Shown here in pieces: positions 40,570 to 50,879 of a stretch of 64,000 nucleotides of DNA. The stretch covers positions 64,001-128,000 of the IMG/VR virus record IMGVR_UViG_3300033068_001957; one strand, written 5' to 3'. The position numbers were made by a program, and so were the translations under genes. This stretch comes from a virus (taxonomy: Duplodnaviria; Caudoviricetes). The notes under the pieces were generated by a model. The model had not been told where the DNA came from. It saw only the letters and a list, made by a program, of their open reading frames with translations, and made no database searches. Within the stretch, counting starts at the first letter, position 1; every line of letters starts with the position of its first letter.

Positions 40570-41351
40570 ATATTTAATCCATAACCAAACATGTCGCATC
40601 CATCCTTTGGCCGCGATTGATTCTCGCTGGCCCAGAGTGGTCTTAAATTTGAATAGTGAAAGCATCTTTCTTGTTCCTTCTCATCGAAAAGGTTAAAAGT
40701 ATTGCATGGAATAATATGATCAATATGCCATCCATATTTTCCATAATTGTCCCAAGACATCCCTTCTGTAAATTGCTTTTCAATGTAAAGATAGAGAAAA
40801 TCCAGACTGCATCCTGTTAAATTCATCGTTCTTTTTCGCTTTATAGCCTTTCTTTTCGCCAGAGAATAATGAATCACTTTAAGTAGTGACTGATAAATAT
40901 CCCTTTTCCCCCTGACTTTATCTTTGAATTCTTTTACTTCTTCTGAAAATAAATGCGAGCTTTTTGTTCTATAAATGTTTTTTATAGAAAATTCTCCAGA
41001 CCGCTCCTTTAAACAAAAAATTCTTCCTCCAATACTAGCTAATTTTTGCCTACCAGACTTCATCTCATAAACGTATTTTCCTTCATTATCATTGTATGGA
41101 ATATTTAAGTGAATGAATATACTTTTATTTTTTAAACACTCGAACTCTTCTTTAGAGTTTATATCAACAAGAGTAAAAATTAATCGCTCCTTATCTTTTA
41201 AAAGGCAGAGTCTATCAATAACTATTTTGTGTTTTTTATCCATTCTCAAATGAGAGATAAGAGATGGATCAATAGAAAAACATTTAGATATTTCTTTATT
41301 GGTTGCAGTGATGATTTGTTTCGTGATACAGTCGTATATTTCTTTAGCCAT
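40566..41351 (-). CDS. HNH-type homing endonuclease
   Basis: WDNYG..WHIDHIIPC...CFHYSNLRPLW..EN; ATG 10 nt after GTGTAA. Confidence 0.8.
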   Translation of the reverse strand: MAKEIYDCITKQIITATNKEISKCFSIDPSLISHLRMDKKHKIVIDRLCLLKDKERLIFTLVDINSKEEFECLKNKSIFIHLNIPYNDNEGKYVYEMKSGRQKLASIGGRIFCLKERSGEFSIKNIYRTKSSHLFSEEVKEFKDKVRGKRDIYQSLLKVIHYSLAKRKAIKRKRTMNLTGCSLDFLYLYIEKQFTEGMSWDNYGKYGWHIDHIIPCNTFNLFDEKEQERCFHYSNLRPLWASENQSRPKDGCDMFGYGLNI

Positions 41352-41501
41352 ATACATGAAATTACACATTTTCTTAGTCGAAAAGATAATTTTTTAAACA
41401 AACCTTTCATGCTTTAAATTACAGGAAAACTTTGATTTCTTGCTGGCAAAAGATTATTTTTTTTCTTGACAGGGTGAAAAAGACCGCCTATAGTTAAAAA
41501 C

Positions 41502-42458
41502 ATGAAATATCCTAACGCAAAAATCGCCACCTATAATAATGGCAATTCTTATTATGTCAGTTTCGGAAGTAGCCTATACCTAAACAACAAGGGGGATGTC
41601 ATGGATTGGGGCGACAAAAACCTTTCGACAGAAGAGAAAAATAAGTTGGTAAGTTTCCCCACAAAACAATCCGCCGAACAAGCTCTAGATGCCTACAATA
41701 ACATGAACAAAACCCGAGACTACGCCGCCCTAAAACAAGAAGGAATTGATAAGAAACTGTGCCCACCGACTTATGTTTATGTGGGTAGGGGCGATCCAGA
41801 CTATCCATTAGTGTTAGATTGGAAAAGCGATAATGAAATATGTTACACTCGAAATCTTTGCTGTATTAGAGAAAATGGTACCATCGACGATACTGGTTGG
41901 GAAGGGTCGTTCCCAGAAAGAGATTTTTGCGTCCCCAAAGAAATCTGGAACAAAAAATTTCCAACTAAAAAGAAAGAAATTACTCTTAACGAGATTAAAT
42001 CTCAATACGAAGAGGCCAAAAAGTTACTGGGAAAGAAGATTAAGAGACTAATCGGTTATAATGCTGGATCAATCCATAAAGTAGATGAGGTAAATCTTCA
42101 TTTAGAAAATCCTCCGAAGGGAGAACTCCACAATAAGTTTTTCGCCGAAAATGGATACGTTATTTCTCTGCATGAAAGGAATATGCATGAGGTTAATTCT
42201 GTTTTTATGGATGCAGCTTTTCAAGTGGTTGAAGAAATTACTGTCACCAATCATAGTGGACAATCCTATATCGCTAAAAATGAAGGCGACTTTTGGGTTT
42301 TTGGTTGCGCCAGAATCGACAAGTCTCTATTGAAGGCGGCATATGACCTACTCAATGATAAAGCCACAACGAAAGGTAATCGTTCAGCCACAAAAGTAAC
42401 AATTGGTGCTGCTGATTTCGATCTTGAAACACTGAAAAAACTTGTGGAAACCGCTTAA
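41502..42458 (+). CDS. hypothetical protein
   Basis: 318-aa ORF, leaderless promoter. Confidence 0.7.
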   Translation: MKYPNAKIATYNNGNSYYVSFGSSLYLNNKGDVMDWGDKNLSTEEKNKLVSFPTKQSAEQALDAYNNMNKTRDYAALKQEGIDKKLCPPTYVYVGRGDPDYPLVLDWKSDNEICYTRNLCCIRENGTIDDTGWEGSFPERDFCVPKEIWNKKFPTKKKEITLNEIKSQYEEAKKLLGKKIKRLIGYNAGSIHKVDEVNLHLENPPKGELHNKFFAENGYVISLHERNMHEVNSVFMDAAFQVVEEITVTNHSGQSYIAKNEGDFWVFGCARIDKSLLKAAYDLLNDKATTKGNRSATKVTIGAADFDLETLKKLVETA

Positions 42459-43576
42459 TATCCTCCGCCATCTCAAATGTAAATTTAACTACTACGCAGC
42501 AAATTCTACAAATTATTCGGTATCTGCTATGTGTGTGGAAATAAATTAAATTTCACTCGCCACGGATATGCAGTTTGTCCAAACGTAGATTGCCGCAAAA
42601 GATATTGACACTCAAGGTTTTCGCCTTAATATATCACATGTCCACACCCACATTCAAAGCCATTGAAGCCGCCCTATTCTCCTTGATTGACAAGGACGCG
42701 ACAACACCCTACGAGAAGGCTCTAAACGACCTCCTGCTAGATGCCCGCAATGACGCCCAAAAGCTCATCGCAAATATCGAATTGGAAAAGCTCAAAAAAT
42801 AATGCACCATCTCATTTCCCCAACACAAAAATTAGTGCCCCTCGTTAAAAAACACGGCCCATTACTTTTGCCGCATAAAGGAAAAATGATCCCCCATAAA
42901 TATTGCCAAAAAACAAACAAACTTATCCCATATCATGAAACTATTCGCAAATAGATTGTTTTACATACTCTTGTGGATTATTGCGTTGGCAATTATTATT
43001 CCATTGTCGGCAGTGATTTTCCCGATTTGCCTTTTGATTAAGGCACCCGAATCATTTTATTCTGGCTGGCCGCGAAAAATTTTACCGCCAAAGAAAACGA
43101 GAATCCAACAATTCGTTCCAGTTGCTAATAGCATTTTCAGCCAAAATTAAAATATGATTTCCTTAATTCGCGATTGTAGTATTTATGTTGATAATGGAAG
43201 TTTTTGTGGCGATGGTTGCTGCTGGAATGCATGGTGGGAAAGTGAGGAATTTCTCGCGGGCGAAGAGATTGACGAAACTGATCCACATATTGATATTTCT
43301 GGCTTGACATATGGCGAGGACTTTACTAGACTTTAAACTTATGAACAAATCCGCACTACTTGACAAAATCTGCCCCTGCCTGACAGGAAATCCCCGCGCT
43401 GACATTGCGCTTTGCGCCGAAAAATCCGCCGACTGGCAATTTAACATGGAATACCTTATTGGAGGACTGATTAAAAAATATGAGCACCAACCCGACGCCC
43501 TGACAAAGATTAAAAATGATTTGCAGTCTTTGGTTTTTGAATTAAATTCTGTTATTAACAACGCACGCTAAAATAT

Positions 43577-43834
43577 ATGAGCAAACCAGCAGGCACCCAA
43601 TCCTATCTTTCCCCGACTCTCGCGGAACTAATGAAGCTTTATCAGCCAAACGAGCGAATCGACGTTCGCCGAGTTTCGCTGGAGAAGAAAATCCTAGAAC
43701 AGGCAATGACCAACTTTTCCGCGCCACAAACAAAAGAAACGCCGCCAGAACCATCGTTCTCGGTCGAAAACTTTGACGAACCAGAAGAATCACTTTTTGC
43801 TGTGGAATCATTCGAGGGCGAAAACGATAAATAA
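43577..43834 (+). CDS. hypothetical protein with acidic tail
   Basis: packed ORF. Confidence 0.6.
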   Translation: MSKPAGTQSYLSPTLAELMKLYQPNERIDVRRVSLEKKILEQAMTNFSAPQTKETPPEPSFSVENFDEPEESLFAVESFEGENDK

Positions 43835-43869
43835 CTTGATAATCTTCAATCACTAACCTACAATATCCC

Positions 43870-44205
43870 ATGAACAAAGACCAAATCTCAACCAGAATCA
43901 AAGAAATCGAAGCCGAACTCTCAAACCTTCGGGCCGAATTAAACAAGCCAGATCAAATTGTCGATTTTAAAGTCGGCGATGTATTTGCATATGGAGGGGG
44001 GAAAGGAACGAAAGTTCTTATCTTGAGCGCTGGTTACAATTCGGATAGATATGAACTTGGGAACTGTCCTAACGCCCTGAATATTTGGTCTGATTTTTGT
44101 GGGAATGGAGCCACTAGAAAAGAAATTCTAGAAAAACTCAATAATAATTGCGCCAAATTCATCAAAAACATCAACAACGACCTAAACAAACTCGTCAATA
44201 ATTAA
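43870..44205 (+). CDS. hypothetical protein, paralogue 1
   Basis: MNKDQISTRIKEIEAELSNLRAELNKPD. Confidence 0.75.
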   Translation: MNKDQISTRIKEIEAELSNLRAELNKPDQIVDFKVGDVFAYGGGKGTKVLILSAGYNSDRYELGNCPNALNIWSDFCGNGATRKEILEKLNNNCAKFIKNINNDLNKLVNN

Positions 44206-44206
44206 T

Positions 44207-44563
44207 ATGAATAAAGATCAAATCACTGCCCGAATTCAAGAAATTGAAAATGAACTCTCAAACCTGAGAGCCGAACTAAACAAGCCAGACAAGCTTACCG
44301 ACTTTCAAATTGGCGACATTATCACAGCAGAAGGCGGATTATCGCCAGTTCTTATTACGGCCGCTAATTGGACATATGATAAAGACGGATATCAAAAATA
44401 TATGTTGGCGGGCTTGAATGGATTGATTACATTTTCAAATCATCCAGACGGCGCAACGAAAGAAGAAATTCTTAAGCACATTAATGGATACAAAAACCCA
44501 AAAATCAAAGGAAACATTAATGAAGAAGTGGCCGATTTAATCTTTGCTTATGCAAAAAAATAA
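44207..44563 (+). CDS. hypothetical protein, paralogue 2
   Basis: MNKDQITARIQEIENELSNLRAELNKPD. Confidence 0.75.
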   Translation: MNKDQITARIQEIENELSNLRAELNKPDKLTDFQIGDIITAEGGLSPVLITAANWTYDKDGYQKYMLAGLNGLITFSNHPDGATKEEILKHINGYKNPKIKGNINEEVADLIFAYAKK

Positions 44564-44579
44564 TCTAATAAACAAACAT

Positions 44580-44840
44580 ATGAGCAAATACCTAAACATC
44601 GACTCAAAGCAAAACCCTCTTCCAGCGTTGGGGAAAACCAAGGCTCTTGTTGCTGATGGCGCGGAAATCATTTCGCCGCCCTCAAAATGGGAAGAAAATC
44701 TTGTTTGCGTGGCAGATAATGGATTCTTTGAATGCGCCGCTTATTGTTATAGCGAGCAAGAAATGCAAGATTTCGCCTATCCAGACGGCAGACCCAAGCA
44801 GTGGTTGCGATATAAGCATGCAAAAACTCTTGCAAATTAA
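44580..44840 (+). CDS. hypothetical protein
   Basis: packed ORF. Confidence 0.65.
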   Translation: MSKYLNIDSKQNPLPALGKTKALVADGAEIISPPSKWEENLVCVADNGFFECAAYCYSEQEMQDFAYPDGRPKQWLRYKHAKTLAN

Positions 44841-44878
44841 TCTTGACAAATACTCACCAACAAAGTAAAATAAATAAT

Positions 44879-45133
44879 ATGAATACCACCACACCACCAA
44901 ACATCAAACATCTAGTCGAACGGGCGAAAGTTCTTTCGGCGGGAAAAATCCGAAACGCAGGAAGGCCAAAAAATTTAATGGCCGAATCTGAGGCTAAAAT
45001 TATTTCCGCCATGCGCCAACAGAAGTGCTCCGTCTCCAGCATCTTCAAGGTAATGCGAGAAGAAAAACTTACATCGTATGACAATATGCAGAAATTCCGA
45101 TTTGCTTATAATCAATATAAGCTTTACCACTAG
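44879..45133 (+). CDS. small basic, possibly DNA-binding protein
   Basis: GRPK followed by helical segment; own promoter. Confidence 0.55.
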   Translation: MNTTTPPNIKHLVERAKVLSAGKIRNAGRPKNLMAESEAKIISAMRQQKCSVSSIFKVMREEKLTSYDNMQKFRFAYNQYKLYH

Positions 45134-45224
45134 GCAAGAAAAACAATTTGGGCTAATGGCGGCAATCCCGCAACAAATCTTCTCCTGACCTCGCCCGATA
45201 GTCCGCGCAAAGAGAAGGTTTTGA

Positions 45225-45292
45225 CCCGTCAATACGAGAGACGTTCGCGACTCTTAGATTCGCCTAGCGGATCGTGTATTGGCGGGTTTTTT
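45225..45292 (+). terminator. branched terminator-like structure
   Basis: CCCGTCAATAC/GTATTGGCGGG stem enclosing two hairpins, then TTTTTT. Confidence 0.55.
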
Positions 45293-45302
45293 GTTTGACC
45301 GC

Positions 45303-45350
45303 AAATTCATCCCCCACCTAAAGAAAGGGGCTTTCTTTGCGCGTGATTTA
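45303..45350 (-). mobile_element. orphan IS200/IS605 left end
   Basis: TTAC|N16-AAAG-CCCCTTTCTTTAGGTGGGGGATGAATTT, near-identical to the LE at 33191-33237. Confidence 0.75.
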
Positions 45351-45396
45351 GTAAAAACAATTTGACGCCGCGCAGTAATTAATATATCATATACCC

Positions 45397-46326
45397 ATGT
45401 CCGACAACTTCCCAGAAATCCTAGGTCAGAAATCCCTCAAGGCAAAGCTCGACTTTGGCCTTCAAACCTTTGCGGCGAAAGAAGTTTTGCCATTTTATCT
45501 TTTCGCGGGGGCGAAGGGATTGGGCAAATCCATGGTGGCAAAAGCTTTTGGCCGCGCCATTTACAAGAAGGACAAGGAATACAAATGGATCGAAATTAAT
45601 TGCGCCAAATTCAAGAAAGCCGCCGACCTTTTTGATTCGCCCGAGTTTCAGAATGAAATCGTGGGACAGAAACGAGTGGTATTTGCAGATGAAACGCATA
45701 ATTTGCCTTTTGATATTGTTAATTCTTTTCTTACTATCTTTGCGACAGATGGCGGGCCGCAACGAACTATTCCGCATAATGGCTTGACCATTGATTTGCG
45801 CGACCAAATCTTTCTATTTGGAACCAGTGAACCAGACAAAATTTTCGCCCCTTTGCGCGACAGATTTGAGGTTGTAACCATCGCCAAATATTCAAACGCC
45901 GATCTAAAAAATATCCTGATTAATCGTTTCCCCGACATTGCAATTAACTCAGATTTGGCGGAAGAAATTGTTGTTCATACCAAGGGAACACCCCGCTCTG
46001 TAGTTGATATGGCCAAAAAGGTCAATCGCTATTGCTCAATCAAGAAAACAAAAGAGTTTTCCGCCGCTGATTGGAAGGCTCTACTAAAGATGGATGATAT
46101 TAAAATTCATGGACTCGACAGTGTTGAGCTAAATATCCTCAAGATTCTCGCAGAACGCGGCCCATGTTCTCTTAACGAGCTTAGGGCGGTGACGGGATTG
46201 TCTCGCATGGCACTCGTTAATAACCACGAAATCAATCTTCTCAAGACAAACTTCATGAAGATCAACCAGAAGAGAGAGATAACTTCTTTTGGCCGCAAAA
46301 TTCTCGAAAACTTCAAGAACATTTAA
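45397..46326 (+). CDS. ruvB: RuvB-like AAA+ branch-migration ATPase
   Basis: ILGQ..LK; GAKGLGKS; VFADETH; APLRDRF; GTPR; C-terminal winged helix. Confidence 0.8.
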   Translation: MSDNFPEILGQKSLKAKLDFGLQTFAAKEVLPFYLFAGAKGLGKSMVAKAFGRAIYKKDKEYKWIEINCAKFKKAADLFDSPEFQNEIVGQKRVVFADETHNLPFDIVNSFLTIFATDGGPQRTIPHNGLTIDLRDQIFLFGTSEPDKIFAPLRDRFEVVTIAKYSNADLKNILINRFPDIAINSDLAEEIVVHTKGTPRSVVDMAKKVNRYCSIKKTKEFSAADWKALLKMDDIKIHGLDSVELNILKILAERGPCSLNELRAVTGLSRMALVNNHEINLLKTNFMKINQKREITSFGRKILENFKNI

Positions 46327-46557
46327 TATGCAACTCCAACTAAAAAACATCCGCGCATACGGCAAATGGTGTTATGGCTGCGAAAAACACGGCAAGGACA
46401 TCATGCTTGCCTTTATGCATGAAGGCGACGAAAATCCCCATGGCGTACACGATCTTTTTCTTACCCAAGAAATGGCCGAATACCTTGTTTGTGAATTAAC
46501 AGATGAAGTAAACAGAAACAAAGTTTGACTGATGAATAAACAAAAGTATATTCTCGT

Positions 46558-46986
46558 ATGACCAACCAAATCCCAGACGACCGACAAGTATTCGTTTCCG
46601 AAGTAAATCGGGCGAGCGATTACCTCCTATCCGACAAAGAGCGGCCAAAGAAAATCACTCCATATTTCTGCCTCGGGCGCGGCCACAAAACAAGAATTTT
46701 CATCAAGCAATTGAATTTGCCGCCAATTCCGCTGTTTCGCGACAACATCGAACTTCGTGAATCACTTAAGCCAAGAACAAAATCGCCACTTTTCCGAGTC
46801 GTGGCCGCTGCCATTGCCAGCAAAACAAATGATTTAAAGGAACGAATCAGAACGGCCCAAAACTTTTCGCCGCGCCAAGATTATTCCGTTCTTTATCGGC
46901 TGGAACCACCAAAAGAGGGGGAAGAATCTTATTCTCCTTTGACGTGGGAAGATTTTCAGATTATGGTTAAAGATGCAAAAGCCTAA
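46558..46986 (+). CDS. hypothetical protein
   Basis: leaderless promoter. Confidence 0.65.
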   Translation: MTNQIPDDRQVFVSEVNRASDYLLSDKERPKKITPYFCLGRGHKTRIFIKQLNLPPIPLFRDNIELRESLKPRTKSPLFRVVAAAIASKTNDLKERIRTAQNFSPRQDYSVLYRLEPPKEGEESYSPLTWEDFQIMVKDAKA

Positions 46987-47085
46987 GAATTTATATGCAG
47001 TCTTTGTTTTAAAGGAGGGGCAAACAGAGTGGCTAAAACTTTCTGTTGAAATGTCTTATGGGGAAGCCCGCCGTTTTGGCAAACT

Positions 47086-47577
47086 TTGGAAACAAATGAG
47101 AAAACCCTCGGTATGGCGCGAAAAATTAAAGATTCAAAAAGTATGAAGCATTTAACAGTTGACCATAATACTGAATTAAAGACTGGCGACTTTGTAATTG
47201 TTGGTGGCAAATGGGCTGAAATTTACTGTGTCACAGAAGAAGCGGGTATTTTTACATCGCAAGGAAATATCTGCCGCACAAAATTGTATAAATGGCAACC
47301 TAGTCCCGACATCCAGCCTTGGATTGTTTGCGCCGCCAATAGAAATAAAAATAACGGGCGAATCGTTTGTGGAGCACGACATTTTGACCCCATTATGAGA
47401 GCGCAAATTGAAGCCTCCGAAGGATTTGTTTCTTGGCGCAATTCGGACCAAGGATTTATCGACCAATTTGGAAGGTTCTACGATAGATGGGAAGCTTGGA
47501 AAATTGCCGAAAAGAATGGCCAAATCAAGAAAAAAGTCTCAACAGACGGAACCCTCTACTCAGAGAACTGCTGGTAA
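47086..47577 (+). CDS. hypothetical phage protein (start uncertain)
   Basis: IVCAA...GARH...QGFIDQFG.F..R.EA...LYSE. Confidence 0.65.
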   Translation: METNEKTLGMARKIKDSKSMKHLTVDHNTELKTGDFVIVGGKWAEIYCVTEEAGIFTSQGNICRTKLYKWQPSPDIQPWIVCAANRNKNNGRIVCGARHFDPIMRAQIEASEGFVSWRNSDQGFIDQFGRFYDRWEAWKIAEKNGQIKKKVSTDGTLYSENCW

Positions 47578-47967
47578 TATATGCAAGAATTAACCTACAA
47601 ATTCGGCAGCGGCGGAGATATTTATTCAGTCTCTAAGGATGCAATCAATTTTGCCCGCCAACAAGTTGCGAGAGACAGCCAACCAGTAAGGGTTAGATTT
47701 CTTTTCAACGATCTAGAAGTTATTGCTTATAGCTCCAGCAGCCCATACGACATTGTAGAAAAATATAACTTGCAGCATTCCCTTCGCAGGGCTAGGTTAG
47801 GATATGAGGATTAAATACCACCCCGAGCTCCCCCTCGGCCCAAAAATAGAAAAAGGAACGGCCCAAACGTTTGTATTTCATCTGTTGGATAGAAAAGTCA
47901 ACCTACCCGATACAAAAGAGTGGAAAATTAGAATTGACACGGCCAAAAGTCTAAAGTAATATATCTT

Positions 47968-48169
47968 ATGAACAGAGAAACAACTACCAAATCTACCTCC
48001 CGCCTCTATATTTCCAAAAACGATCTAATCAGAGCCTTCAAAAAGATGGGCTGGCTAGACGAGAATGAAAACCGCCGAAATCTTTCTCCCTATTCCTGGT
48101 GGCGGAGACTATTCCAATATGGATTTTGAAATCGAAGGAGACGAAAAGCTTAAAGTAATTGTAAAATAA
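47968..48169 (+). pseudogene. small gene with apparent +1 frameshift
   Basis: alternative frame IPGGGDYSNMDFEI ends 1 nt before next ATG; span is 3n+1. Confidence 0.45.
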
Positions 48170-48170
48170 C

Positions 48171-48458
48171 ATGGAAATCATCGACCACACTCAACCACCA
48201 AAAGAGCCTCAGCCAATCAAACTAATCGGCTGTTTGCAAGCCACCCTAAAAAACGGCCAATTTTCCTTCGGCACAGAAGCAAACAAAGCAACAGGAATGT
48301 TCCCTAAATGGCCTACTCCATATGGATCGAATAAAATTGAGCGAATTTTCCGCCAGAATATTGACGGCGAATTATACGATGTAATGATTATCAGCCGAAA
48401 AGATCAATTGCCATGTTTGTTTATCGGCCAATGGAATGATGGAGTTTGGGTTGATTAA
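48171..48458 (+). CDS. hypothetical protein
   Basis: packed ORF. Confidence 0.65.
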   Translation: MEIIDHTQPPKEPQPIKLIGCLQATLKNGQFSFGTEANKATGMFPKWPTPYGSNKIERIFRQNIDGELYDVMIISRKDQLPCLFIGQWNDGVWVD

Positions 48459-48820
48459 CAATATGCGCCCCCATAAACAACGCATCTATCGCGAATGGAT
48501 CAAACCATCCTGTTTGCACGACTATGGTATTTATAAGGACGAATACCAAAAATTGACTTGCTTTCAAAAACTTGTGTTCTATATTTTTGGCAACTAAAAA
48601 ATAATATGTCAACTATTAATCTAAATAATCCCTCCCACATTGTTGTTGTCCTTTTTATTTATTTTTGCCTTACTGGATTGAATTATCTTTGGACAAGAGC
48701 GCCATGGGATACTTGCAAACTGCGCCTTATAGATGTTGTTTCCATTACTACTGCGGTTCTTAATTTATGCCTTGTATTAACGTTTTTAGGATGCATTGTT
48801 CGCATTATCTATAAAACAAT

Positions 48821-49297
48821 ATGACCCCACAACAAATCGCCCAATCTCTCGCCGTTCGTAAGGCGGGCTGTTTCTTTACTGTCAAAATCCGCCGCCCATG
48901 CAAAACCCGCAAAGGCGTTGACTCAATCATTGAAAAAGAATCAATCTATCAGGGCCAGCTCTGCGACTATAGCGCCAAGTCTGCCGTCAAACAAGGAATC
49001 GAATCGGGCGAACGCGATGCGCCCGAACTTCCCAAAGGCATGAAGGAATCGTTTAAAGACGGAAACGCCAAATTCTACAGAGGATTTAATGACCAAAAAT
49101 ACTTTGGTGTAGTCGTAGATGGGAACAAGCCCAAAAGCAAATATTATAAAAACGGCCAAATCGTTGAAAAAGATCAAATCATAGGAGACCTGTTGGCTTC
49201 TGAACTTTCGCGACCCAAAACGAAACAAGAATTGGCCGAAAAGCGTCAGTCTCCGTTTGTTCTAATCAAGTGTGAGAATGTGTTGGAAATTACTTGA
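48821..49297 (+). CDS. hypothetical protein
   Basis: 158-aa ORF. Confidence 0.7.
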   Translation: MTPQQIAQSLAVRKAGCFFTVKIRRPCKTRKGVDSIIEKESIYQGQLCDYSAKSAVKQGIESGERDAPELPKGMKESFKDGNAKFYRGFNDQKYFGVVVDGNKPKSKYYKNGQIVEKDQIIGDLLASELSRPKTKQELAEKRQSPFVLIKCENVLEIT

Positions 49298-49328
49298 TTA
49301 TGGGATAAAGTTGGTATATCTTCCGAAC

Positions 49329-49904
49329 ATGAACTACCGCAAATATCTCTACCGCAATCTCCACGGCCTTGTTGACAAGGCTAAGGACCATCTAAAGAAC
49401 ACGGGCGAAAACCTCACGATTGGATTTTCCGCCGCTCTTAAAAAGCACGACGTTCTTATGGCAAAAGTTGAAAAGCTTTATGCCGATGCTCGAAAGGGGG
49501 GTTATGATATTGCCAATACCCCACGATGGTCAGAAACGGTTAATAAGGCTGAAAACTTTCGTAGAGAAGCCGAAAAGCTCCTTACCGATAATGTCCGTCC
49601 TTACTCTGGCAAGCAATCTGTAAGCGTTCACGTATTGGTAGGTTATTGTCCGCAAACAATTCCCTACTATCAAAAAATGGTTGAAGAGCTTCAAAAAACT
49701 TTCCCAGAAGCAGAAACGCGGGACATTGAATTGGGCAAAGTCAGCAAATCAAGCTGCGTTCAAGGATTTACGGCGATTATGTGGTGGGCAGGCGAAGTAG
49801 AGCTAGAACAAGATTGTTGTGATGAAGAACGATTCGTTTTGCCAAAAAGCAGAATCGGCGGCAAAGACTTTTATATCAGCGAACAGCAGGATTATTATCT
49901 TTGA
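49329..49904 (+). CDS. hypothetical protein
   Basis: leaderless promoter defines start. Confidence 0.7.
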   Translation: MNYRKYLYRNLHGLVDKAKDHLKNTGENLTIGFSAALKKHDVLMAKVEKLYADARKGGYDIANTPRWSETVNKAENFRREAEKLLTDNVRPYSGKQSVSVHVLVGYCPQTIPYYQKMVEELQKTFPEAETRDIELGKVSKSSCVQGFTAIMWWAGEVELEQDCCDEERFVLPKSRIGGKDFYISEQQDYYL

Positions 49905-50390
49905 ACTTGACGGTTTGAGATAAGCATTATATATTGAAGTCATGAAACTCTATAACCTGATTTGCTTGTTTGTCGGATTAATCCCCCTGTTGGCAATGAT
50001 TGAACAGTGGATTATCAACTAATATGCAAACAACAACCTATTGTCTCCAGCATAAATGGCCAAGCTACCAAACGCAATGGCGCTGGGTTCCAGAACATGA
50101 GGGCTTGACAGAAGAACGCGCCTTTGAATTATTTAATAAATGTAAAATTTGGCATAAAAAGGGAAAAACAGGCTTGAAACAAAGAATTATTAAGACTACA
50201 GTAACTAACGAAGTTGTTAAACGAACGAAATAATATGAGACTAATTTCTGGACTAATTCTTGGTTGGGGCGTTGGCGAGCTTTTCAAAGAGCATCCGAAC
50301 GAGCGTGTTATGATGATTACGATGATGATTTCGCTGGCGATTACACAGATTCAACTTGCAATACTTGAAGCGAAAGAGTAAAGTAATAAT

Positions 50391-50879
50391 ATGGAAATGA
50401 CCTTCCTATCGGCGCTGCCCGAATCTCATTATTGCCATTATTCTAATCCGCAGAGTCAGGGATCATTGATTCGCGAATCTAAAGATTGGCCCAAAGAAAA
50501 GAATTGCGGCAAACAAAAGGAATTTACTAACCCATGGGGCGAATATGCTGTATATAAGGGCAGAAGCTCGTTTAGATTCGGCGAAAAAAGCTATTCCGCC
50601 GAAGTCACAGACGGCGCGAAACAAGCCAGCGCATACTCTGATAGAATCAGCAGTTGGGATTACAAGAGATACCAAGCAGCAAACGAAATCGCTGGCACTG
50701 GTTGTCAGGGATGGAGCCGAAATCTAAAAAACTTATCAGAAAAAGAGTTCTTGTGTTTCGCTGCCGTGGCTTTAAACCTAGAAGATAAGAAAATTCTTGC
50801 CGCAAGGGCAATTCATCACTACAATGTAGGTAATGGCTATTCTTGTCCGACAATTGAAGCGATTTATCTTGAACCATGA
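50391..50879 (+). CDS. hypothetical protein
   Basis: 162-aa ORF. Confidence 0.65.
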   Translation: MEMTFLSALPESHYCHYSNPQSQGSLIRESKDWPKEKNCGKQKEFTNPWGEYAVYKGRSSFRFGEKSYSAEVTDGAKQASAYSDRISSWDYKRYQAANEIAGTGCQGWSRNLKNLSEKEFLCFAAVALNLEDKKILAARAIHHYNVGNGYSCPTIEAIYLEP

